Of a DNA stretch of 64,000 bases, positions 52,468 to 62,848 are shown piece after piece; position 1 is the stretch's first letter; every line of letters begins with the position of its first letter. The notes under the pieces are model-generated. The model worked only from the letters and a program-made list of their open reading frames with translations, was not told the DNA's origin and ran no database searches. Origin of the DNA: Octopus vulgaris (Eukaryota); contig OX597815.1 of NCBI GenBank assembly GCA_951406725.2, forward strand, positions 41,478,001-41,542,000, given 5' to 3'. Both the position numbers and the translations under genes were made by a program.

Positions 52468-54582
52468 GTAAGTTTATATATAATATATATATTTCCTTAT
52501 ATCTTCTGATAATTTTAACAATTCTATACACAAGTCTGGTACCAATTATAAGGCAAGGAGAAGTGGTTTAAAATATGAATGAAAAAAAGTTATTTTTAAT
52601 TAAATTCTCATGGGTATAACCAGGAGCATAACATTTTGTGTTGAGATCTTGTGTAACTTAGTTTTATATTATCAATTTTGTGGTTTTGCTACAAGTTGAC
52701 CCCAACCAGACTTACAAAACAAAAGTATTACCAACCATGACAAACAATCCTGTCATTCTTTTGAGCTTTGTATATCTGGCTCTATATTATCCAATATATC
52801 CATCTTTCCAAAAGATGATGTGAAATGATTTGAGGGAGATTTAGTTGCTATTTCTAGCAAGTTCAATAACTGCATAGAGGCTCCCATTTTCTTTTTTTTT
52901 TTTCCTCAACTTTTAGTTTTGTATTATGGTGTTGTATAATGTTAGTTAACCCATACTTCAGCATGAAGGTTGCCTATCAAATTCTTGTGACCTCATCTCA
53001 CCACCAAACCCCTTCATTTGCTTCTAGTGTGCATTAGACAAGTCAGCCTGGCAAAACAATATATTTTTCTCTATCATTTACTATGGTTGAAAATCATCGG
53101 CACAGTATTGGAGAAGAATGACTGTTTCTGTTTTGCTTCATAAAACTAACCTCTCAGTTATGTTGCAACTTATTTCATTGAGTTAATTCTGTTTTACCTT
53201 AATCTATATAGTCAGTGTTTTTTTCATATGTATATGATTTGGGGTTTTGACCTTCATGCACAGATTCTTGGACAAGTGTTTCCTACCATGGTTTTAGATC
53301 AACCAAAGTCTTGTGAAGAATGTATGGTAAATGGATGCTGTGTGAAGTTTCATCAGAGAGACTCTCTTTGGTCTTGTATGATGGACTTAATCCATTGCCC
53401 AGTCTAACATTCCTATCTGACCTTTTTGTGCCTTGAACGGAGTCCAGTCTTTTGCAATTATTCCAATGAGTTCTTAAATCTGAGGATGACTGCCTAACTA
53501 CCCACCTCCATCACTAATATTGGAAGCTGCAAGCCATTGAAACCTGACTGATTATTACTGATAGAGAAACAAGCTTATGCTTGGAGCACTCTTCATCTAC
53601 ATAGGTTTAATTTGGTGGTGTTGTACTCTAGTTTATGGTTCTCCTCCAGATTTATGAAAATTATTTGCAGCTTTCATGGAGAAAAGGTTGCAAACTATAT
53701 AAAAGAATGTCTTTGAAATTCTGTTTTATTTAATTTCTTATAAAGAACCTACCAACCTGCTAGAAATAGCAGCCAAATCTTCAAAATCACACCCTATTTT
53801 TTAAATAAATAAAATAAAGAAGGACCCATTGGACAAGTTAGACTGAGATATACAAAAAAAGCTGATCACCAGTCAGGGCAGCTTAAGGCCAACCAAAATT
53901 CCTTAAGGGTTACAGCTCCTTTTGAGGGTTAGATATATTTTTAGCCTTAAACAATTAACTCCTTTCAAATTATAGGATATGTATCCTACAAAACACATTG
54001 TAAATGACATATATATCCTGAGAAAGCTCTCTCTCTATGAGAAAAAACGTCTTGTCTCATTTTTTTTTCCTACTACTTTTACTAAAATGGTCTCTGTTCC
54101 TCTGGGCTTGGTTATTATATTTGCAGAATCAGGTTTAAAAGGATTCATTTTATCCTCTCATCACAGACATGATCATACATCCAAAATCCCTTACTGAACG
54201 TTTTACTTAATCCATCTTTCTAAAAATTACCACATCTTAGACTTTTCATCATAGTTGGAGCATATCATAAATGAGCAGATCTATGAAACTATCCAATGCC
54301 ACACGACCTGCATCACATAGCAGTGAAGGAAAGAAAGCTGGAAGAGTGTGGCATAGTAAAATCCAGTGGCAAAGCAAAGACCAGTTTTCAACAAAATGGG
54401 GACAAAATAAAAACGAAAGAAAAACTGGATGGACAAAAAGAAAAAATAATAATAATAACTAGATAGCAGGAGCATTAGCAGAGACTGAGTTCAAACATTC
54501 AAATGCAACATTTTAAGAAGCCTGGTACATATCGTATCACAATGGTGTCCTGACAACTTGATCAGGTATTAAGGTCTTTAGC

Positions 54583-54618
<36 letters not shown>

Positions 54619-54623
<5 letters not shown>

Positions 54624-54995
54624 ATATAAACGGCAGTTTGTCTGTGCGTTTTCTGTGTGTCTGTTTTCTCGTACCCTCACTCTGACCACGGCTTTCAACC
54701 GATTCTGATGAAACTTGACACACACATAGCCCAATGTCATAATTCAAAACTAACGCAGCGAAAATTTTGAAAAGTTCCCCCAGTTCTGAAAAAAATCGAT
54801 AAATTCGACATGGGGTCGAGAATCAGAAACCCAAACCACAGACCGTCTAGGGGACGCAACTCCACCTTTTTTAACTCAAAAAAATTCACCATCATTTTTT
54901 CCCCATTTTTTTGCTATTTTTTGGCTATAACTCTCTAAAAATGCTTTATAGTTATTTCCCTTACAAACCTGAGCAACGCCGGGCGATACTGCTAG
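54619..54995 (+). mobile_element. Non-autonomous Helitron
   Basis: 5' TC(TCTATATAAA), 3' GC-rich CCTGAGCAACGCCGGG hairpin about 10 nt before the terminal CTAG, inserted between A and T in a (TA)n run, no TSD. Confidence 0.85.
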
Positions 54996-55024
<29 letters not shown>

Positions 55025-55027
<3 letters not shown>

Positions 55028-55257
55028 AATGTAATATGTGACAATTATTCATTAGCCATGATAAAGCTCCGAGTTTTGGATGCCAAGGTGGAAATCCACA
55101 CCGCCATCTCTTCAGGGTGTGGATTTCCACATTGGCATCCAAAACTCGGAATTTCATCATAGCTAACGAATAATTGTCACATATTACATTTACAGATAAA
55201 TTCCTCTATTTGCATAATATCGAGGTCTCTTTCATTCTTTTGTTGTCTTGCCATTTT

Positions 55258-55260
<3 letters not shown>
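55025..55260. mobile_element. Penelope-like pLTR fragment with 75-bp inverted arms
   Basis: Arms 55028-55102 and 55116-55190 with a 13-nt loop; flanked by (TA)n; minus strand has a CTGAAGA..GATG/CATC..C(A)AAAC hammerhead-like relic. Confidence 0.6.
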
Positions 55261-55297
<37 letters not shown>

Positions 55298-56906
55298 ATA
55301 GTGGAATTAATTTCCTAACCATTTTTCCTCCCAACTTCTCCAAATCATTTAGTAGTGCTTGAATATTGATTTGAATGTTTACATGTGGGAAGTTAGGAGA
55401 AATCTGAGAGGTAACATAGTGGAAATATTGACAAGAGGAGAAACAGGTGTGTCTGGGTCATGATGGAGGAAGCATGCTGCTTTCTACTTCAGAAGATCAT
55501 TAACTGGTAGTGGAAGTAGAAGAGGCAGAGAAAAAAATGGTGCATCTGTCAGCCAATGGTTACAGCTTGTTCGCAAGTGTTTGCCAATAAGCCAGATGCA
55601 TTTTGTTTTTAAATACAGGCTGTTTAAGCCTGTAGCAGTGGCATTGTCTTAGATGTGTAAGCAATCTAGGGCCACACTTCTTTTGTAGATGATCAACCAT
55701 TGGTCAGAGTAGATGTTTTCTCATTTGTAAAAGACTTTTTTTGTTTGTAATGCATTTTCTGACAATATTTCATAAGTAAGTCACCACAAGATATCATTAG
55801 AAATTATGATAGTATTGTACACTCCTCTACTCCTTTTAATAAGAAACATTCTACCACATGCAGAATGTCACAGAATAAGCTTGTCTATCCAGCTGCTATT
55901 TCCCATTGTCAAACTTTGGGATGAATATTAAAGAGGCCTACCCCCAACTGTGTTAATAGCTCTAGGTATATATGTTGAAATTCTGACACTGTTTCCTTAA
56001 CACAGCTGTTGGTGATGTTGAAGGGAGCTGTTAAATGTAATGGCACTAAAAGTTTTTTCTCTTTTTATTCACTTTTTAAAATATTTCTAAGCCATATTTT
56101 CTGTGAAGATGTCTACATTTGATTCCTATTTTCCTCTAATATTCTGTTTCAGTTGTTCTATGTTGATTCTAACTTAAATAGGGGACGGGGATTTGGCCTT
56201 AAAACCTGTTATGATTGCCTGTAAATATGCCTGTCACTCTCGTTTACTTTGAGACTATTGTACATGCAGATACATCATTCTTATCAAAGTTAGATTGATT
56301 ACTGCTGTATATTTTTCATGACAGCCTAAGAAGTGTAGTGAGACATTGGTTAGTACAAATACAGAAAAGTGTAAAAGAACTTGAAAGGAGCTCCTCAGAT
56401 TACATAAGTCTAGCATGCTGTCATTCAGTTAGTATCCTACTGTTTTAATGTTCCCCTTCTAAATTTTATTACATAACAACAAAGAACTTTAGGAACTAAA
56501 GTTTCAATACCAAAAGTCCATGGAATAATATTCCACACTAGAGGATTCTATTTATGATATTGAAAAAGATATGGCTACACACCAATCTTTACAGATCTAC
56601 TAATGGCACCATACTAATGGTTTATTTGGTAGAACAGGAAACAGTTAGAAAGAAGAATGTTTGAAACTAATATAGGAATATTCTTCCAAAGAGAAGTTGT
56701 TTCTATAGAATACTTATAAACTGAACTATGTAGGGAGTATATACAAAAGAGAAAAAAAAAGGCAATTTCAGGAAAGGAGCACTTTTTAGCTCTGATCTTT
56801 GAGATCGATTGTCTTGAAAGTGAGCACAATGCTATTATCCAATTTTTTTTTCTGAATGTTTAGTCATATTTAGTGTTTATAATAATTAAGTGTACTTGGA
56901 ATTTAT

Positions 56907-57133
56907 TTAACCCTTTAGTATTTAAACCGGCCATATCCGGCCAAAATAGCTAATCCATTTTATGTTCAAACTGGCCAGATCCAGGCTCTCACACCTACCC
57001 TACAATGTTATTCTACATTAAGTAATTACACCATCAAGATCTTGAAGATATGAGATAATGCATGATTAATTCAAATCAATGGGAATCAATAGGCATTATG
57101 TTTGATAGAATAATCTGAACACTAAAGGGTTAA
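56907..57133 (-). mobile_element. piggyBac-like MITE family F
   Basis: TTAACCCTTTAGTATT ... AACACTAAAGGGTTAA; reverse complement of the 38758 copy. Confidence 0.85.
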
Positions 57134-57234
57134 ACTTTCTGCTGAATGGAGTGTTTAACTTAAATTGATGTTTGAATGATACTAGCAAACTTTAGAGAAA
57201 TTGATTTTTTAATGTAAAGAGTGTTACCAAAATT

Positions 57235-57695
57235 CCTTTTTACCTTTTCACTTGTTCCAGTCATTATAAATCATTATACTGCAGCCATGCTGGAGTATTA
57301 CCTTGAAAAATTTTAGTCAAACAAAGCAACCCCAGTATCTTTTTTTAAGCCTTGCACTTATTCTGTCAGTTTCTTTTACCAAACCACTAAGTTACATGGA
57401 TGTAAACACACCAACACTGGTTGTCAAGCACTGGTAGAGGACACAGACAGATGCATGTGCACACACACTCACACACTCACACACACACTCACACACACAC
57501 ACACACACACATACTTATATATTTACAAATGATGGGTTGCTTTCAGTTTCCATCTTTCAAATCCACTCACAAGGCTTTGGTTGGACCAAGACTGTAGTAG
57601 AAGTCACTTGCCCAAAGTGTCATGTAGTGGGTCTGAACCTGAAACCATGTGGTTTGGGAGCAAATTTCTTACCCCAAAAACATACCTGCACCTAT
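57235..57695 (-). mobile_element. tRNA-SINE family A
   Basis: Full-length match with internal (CA)n. Confidence 0.85.
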
Positions 57696-58989
57696 AGATT
57701 TTTTTTTAATAGATTCTTATTTAGTCAAGTGGGATTTATATTGGTTGTTTCTACTTGAGATTGAAAAATAAAATAATAACAAATACAATCTTATTAGCTT
57801 GGCTTGAAAAGCAAATGAGATAAATAATAGCATAATAACTGATGACTGTTAAGTCAGTTTCTTATCTAAAACTGTAATGAAACATTTCACCATGAAATGT
57901 ATTTTAGAGAAGCTGTAAAGCTTCTTATTCTTGTGTTGAGAAGCAAAACAACAGTGTACTTACGTTTTTTTGAATTGTTGGCCAAATGTATTTTGCTGAA
58001 TACACACTGCACATTTTTTCATGCTTTTCCATTTATTCTGCCTGCAGGTGGTAGCTCAGCTCTGAGACAGCTGAAATGAGAATAAAGAACATTCATGTTC
58101 CTTAATAAGTGCACTATCCATTGTCAATAAGTGAGAAGCTGGATAGAACTGTTAATTAGGGTAGTTAGTAAAAGCATGCACACATATGTAACATATGCAG
58201 CCCAAATGTACAGAAAAGTTTGATTTGGTTTTTGAAATGAGCCCCATCCCCCAGTCTTTTTTACATAAATAAGTAGCATATCATTTAAGTTTATGTCTGG
58301 CATTTTGTTTGTTCAAGGGGGATAGAGTTAACAGAAACAGCAATATGTCATTATTCTTTAGTCCAAATGTATTGGAGTCTTTCATGTTCCATCAGCTATA
58401 TTCTGCATAATTGTCTTTATGAGGAGTAAAAAAATCAATTTCTTGTCCTTTCAAAATGTATCCATAAATTATGTTCTGGTTGTTTAATCCATGCACGTAT
58501 GATAGATCATTTTTAAATGAGCATATGTTTTACCTTCTGTGTTTTTCCTTTATTTTTTTCTTTCTAATCATAATATTAGAAATAAAAAGGTTTGAGTTTA
58601 TTCCAACCACATGAGTATGTATCATCATTACTATTATTGTTGTAATGATGGTAGTGTCATTTCTCCATATTAGTATGATTTGGGTAAATTGATTTGTATA
58701 GCATTATCCTCATTCATTGTGGTCTTTTGTCATCTTATCCCTGAGGCTAAAAGTTCTGAGATTTGATATTACTACATCTCTCCATATCTTCTTTGACAGA
58801 ACTTTAAACTTTTTCATCCAGCATTCCTCATTTGCTGTTCAGTACAATTATGAGTGTAGAAGTATAGCAAATATACATCAGGAAAATATACTGGCTAAAA
58901 TATGAGAGGAGATGAATCTTTTTGAAAATAAAGACATTCAGATTACAGTATAAATAAATAAATAAATAAATAAATAGATAATAATAATG

Positions 58990-59350
58990 ATGATTTCAAA
59001 TTTTGCCACAAGGGCAGCAAATTTGGGGGAGGGGATGAGTTGATTACATCAACCCCAGTGATCAACTGGTACTTTTTTATTGACCCCAAAAGGATGAAAG
59101 GCTAATCAACCTTGGCAGAATTTGAACTCAGAATGTAAAGACAGATGAAATACCTCTATGCACTTTGGTGCAAGGCAAGCAATTTCAGGAGATGTAAGTC
59201 GATTACATCAACCCCTGTGCACGACTGGTACATATTTTATTGACCCTGAAAGGATGAAAAACAAAGTCAACTTCGGCAAAATTTAAACTTAGAACTTAAA
59301 GACAGACAAAATGCCACTAAGCATTTTGCCCTGTGTACTAACAATTCTTC
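58990..59350 (-). mobile_element. Tandem pair of tRNA-SINE family D copies
   Basis: Two consecutive GATTACATCAACCC..ACTGGTAC..TTTATTGACCC..AAAGGATGAAA..AATTT(G/A)AACT units, with a third decayed unit following. Confidence 0.8.
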
Positions 59351-59777
59351 TAGAACTATAAATTTATAGAATACATCAATTATTTTGATACATGAAGAAT
59401 GAAAGGCCAAGTTGTGCCTGAGAAGATTTGAACTTCAATTACAGAGATGAAGTAATAAAACTGCAAGGCATTTTTCAATCCAGTAACCTCATATTTCTGC
59501 TTTTCTATCTTATCTCATAGTAATTTCTTAATAATACAAGATTCACAAATTCCAGATGTGGATATAATCAATTCAATTAGCACAGCATGGACATTTATTT
59601 TATTAACTGTAGGTGGAATTTCAACTCAGAACATGCAGGGATATAAATAAATACTGTAAGGCTCTAACTGTATGCAATTTTTTTGTCTTTTGTTGGGTCT
59701 GAAGAAAGGTAAAGTGCTAATCACCTTTGAAGATTCTATAAGATTGATGCTGTTAATGCTCTGCTTAAACTACTGTG

Positions 59778-60170
59778 TATAGGTGGAGGCATGACTGTGT
59801 GGTTAAGAAGCCTATTTCCCAACCATATGGTTTCGGGTTCAGTCCCACTGCATTGTACTTTGAGCAAGTGTCTTCTACAATAGCACCAGGCCAACCAAAT
59901 CTTTGTGAGTGAATTTAATAGACAGAAACTGAAAGAAGCCCCTAGTGTGTGCATGTGTCTGTGTGTGTGTGATGGTTATGAGCAAGCATCACCATCATTC
60001 AAGTAATTTTGTTTGTTTCCAGTCTTCTGTGAAAAACGTCTGGCCCCAGGGAAATATTACTTTACTTAGAAAAAAGTGAAGAGTGATGACAGCCATTGAA
60101 AAATCTACCTCAACGTATTCTGTCTGACCCATGTGAGCATGGAACAGTAGGCATTAAATGATGATGATGA
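59778..60170 (+). mobile_element. Chimeric SINE: family A tRNA head and body joined to module B with (GAT)n tail
   Basis: ATAGGTGGAGGCATGACTGTGTGGTTAAGAAG head identical in type to family A; after the (GT)n run it switches to module B ending GACCCATGTGAGCATGGAA..TTAAATGATGATGATGA. Confidence 0.8.
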
Positions 60171-60939
60171 AGTCAATATCTAAAAGAAAGATATATGCAG
60201 GGTGGGGGGGAGTTTCAGGGGATGACTTTCTTGGAAGAAAAGATTGGTAGTAGTGGTTAGCTTAGAGCAAGTGATGTTGGACACAATATGGGTGATGAGA
60301 AACAACTGAGCTGATAGTGTTTGAGTGAAGGTGACACAAGATTAGCTATCAGAAACCATAATAGTAATGGTAGAAAAGGGAGAGAGGAAACAACATATCT
60401 ATAATGATGTTATATCAATCTGTCAAGTGGCCTTTCTTTAGAAGTGGTTTAGGATGTCTGTACAGCAGCAGCAGCATCCCAGATATGGGAGCAATACTAT
60501 CAACTGCTATGTACTGCCTTTTGATGATGATCATAATAAAAGTCACTATGAAAACAAACTGTATCTCTGCCCTTGGTATATGTCAGATTTAATACTTTAA
60601 TTACATCTGTTTTCAAAACTATAAACAAAAAGTTTTTATTTATGAAGTAATATTCGGGATTGTTTCAAAAAATAATATGACAAACTGTATGTATATTATG
60701 ATTTTTCATTTTTTCCTGTTTTCTTTTTTTTTTTTTTTTTTTTGTAATTTTAACGGTTTCTCACATAAATATTAGGCTACAGTTGGTATGGGGTGAGTCT
60801 TCTCAGTTGAATCAGCCCTTACTGCATGGTTGATATTTATCTTAGCAATCTCAGCAGGAATTGAACCAGAACATATTGCAAGGCATGCAGACCTGTACAC
60901 GACTGATTCTAAAACTGCTGCCATCTTTTCTTGTTGCAA

Positions 60940-61100
60940 ATGATTTTTGATTTAGGTACACAGACAGGATTTTCAGAAAAGGAATTAGTCATTTACATCA
61001 ACCTCAGTACTTGACTGGCTACATACTTTACTGACCCCAAGGATGAAAAGCAAAATTGACCGCTATGGTACTTAGACTCAGACATTGGCATTAATGCTGT
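60940..61100 (-). mobile_element. tRNA-SINE family D, degenerate
   Basis: TACATCAACCTCAGTACTTGACTGG..TGACCCCAAGGATGAAAAGCAAAATTGACC. Confidence 0.6.
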
Positions 61101-61683
61101 AAAGTCTGCCATGCTCGTAATCCCATGAATATAATCACCCTCTTGTAAACATTTGATAGGGTTTGATCTTCATTTGGTTACCAGTAAAATTTAGTGTTAC
61201 AACATTCTAGTTATGAGTCTCCATCACATATCTCAGTTTTAGTCATTTTTGGTCAGCTTTGACCAAATAGAGCAAGAGCATGGGTATAAATGGTTGAGCA
61301 TTTAAAAAAATATCTGAATTTATATAGCAAAAATGGTTTAATTTAGCATTTATATTATAGCATAAACTGTATGTTTTTTTTGTTTTTTTTTTAGAATATT
61401 AAAGCCTTGTTGTCTATAATAGGCTTTGAACACAGAAGTTTGATTGACCTCTAAACCCCTACTTGAAAGTAAAGAATGATATTGCAAATAAAGGATATTT
61501 GAAATATTGTGCAGTATTTACTAATTCCAGTTTCTCTAGTTCTTTTCATATTCACTCAAAGAAAATTCTATGTGATTGTTCAAACTGTTATAAATATCAT
61601 TGAAATCTTCAACTCCCACCACATTGTCTTAAAATGATGTAGTTCTTGCTGTTATACAAAAAGACAGGATGGTGACAACTGGA

Positions 61684-61913
61684 ACTGTTTCTCAATCATT
61701 TTTTACCCATGGAGCTCTTTGATTCTTATTTTATTCGAGTGGACCCTCCTAGCCATTCAATGTTTTAAAAATATTACATTTCTATAATTATTATTAGGAA
61801 TTGCATAAAAAAAAAATTCTTAAATTATTTTGTGTAATGTAAAAGTATAACCACTCCATTGCTAATAAATTTTAACAGCAAAATCTTATATGGACCCCAG
61901 TTGAGAACCACTG
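61684..61913 (+). mobile_element. hAT MITE family H nested in a family G repeat
   Basis: ACTGTTTCTCAATC ... AGTTGAGAACCACTG; body matches the 6972 copy; family G sequence on both flanks. Confidence 0.8.
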
Positions 61914-62169
61914 AGCTAAAATATCTTTGATCATATGTCCATTCAATCAAGGCTGACTTGGTGTTAAAGAACTATTAACTGATATTATGATAAAGTAATC
62001 TTATACTTTTGCATAAATTCTTTTCCTCTTTAAAGCCCAAAGCTAATATGTTTTAGCCATGTTATTTAGAATCACATGCATACATATACATTTAGATTTT
62101 CAAGCTAAGGTGAAATGTACTCATAACTAGTAAATTTTTTGTATGTAAGTGATCAAATTATGGTGTTCA

Positions 62170-62328
62170 CATAAGCTCGCTCACTCCATCAAATGGCATT
62201 GCCTGTATAGGTGCACAAGTGTTACACATGTCAAATGTTGAAATGATTGCAGAGAAACATGAAATGATATGTTTTGCTCAAGAATATAACACACCACTCA
62301 GTTTGAGAATCAAAATCACAATTTTATA
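62170..62328 (-). mobile_element. SINE family M fragment
   Basis: AACATGAAATGA..TGTTTTGCTCAAGAA..GAATCAAAATCACAATTTTAT matches 24479-24550. Confidence 0.6.
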
Positions 62329-62420
62329 TATACATTATATATATATATATATATATATACGGTTCGCAAAGACCATATATATATATATAATGTATATAAT
62401 ATATTATATATTACATGCTG

Positions 62421-62463
<43 letters not shown>

Positions 62464-62477
62464 TTATTAATTATGTG

Positions 62478-62645
62478 GCTAAAGCACCCACTACACTTGC
62501 AGAGTGGTTGGCATTAAGAAGGGCATCCAGCTGTAGAAACTCTGCCAGATCAGATTGGAGTCTGGTGCAGCCATCTGGTTCGCCAGACCTCAGTCAAATC
62601 GTCCAACCCATGCCAGCATGGAAAGCTGACGTTAAACGATGATGA

Positions 62646-62648
<3 letters not shown>
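62478..62648 (+). mobile_element. RTE-tail repeat family C, young copy within (TA)n
   Basis: GAGTGGTTGGCATTAAGAAGGGCATCCAGCTGTAGAAAC..CGTCCAACCCATGCCAGCATGGAAAGCTGACGTTAAACGATGATGATGAT. Confidence 0.85.
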
Positions 62649-62689
<41 letters not shown>

Positions 62690-62801
62690 CCGAATAAATA
62701 ACATTGTTATTTATATAGGTTAAAAAAACCCAGTAAATTCTTTGGATATCTAATATCCCTTAGGTGGTTATTTAACACCTAACTAAATTTATATATATAT
62801 G

Positions 62802-62845
<44 letters not shown>

Positions 62846-62848
<3 letters not shown>

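Noticed and set aside
55400-56400. Slightly GC-richer stretch, possible decayed LINE or exon
   Set aside because: No translatable motif or convincing splice pair found.
57955-58025. Minus-strand ATG-initiated frame ending at a GTAAGT donor (MKKCAVCIQQNTFGQQFKK)
   Set aside because: Short, no homology recognised, and opposite to the strand suggested by the other splice signals; consistent with chance.
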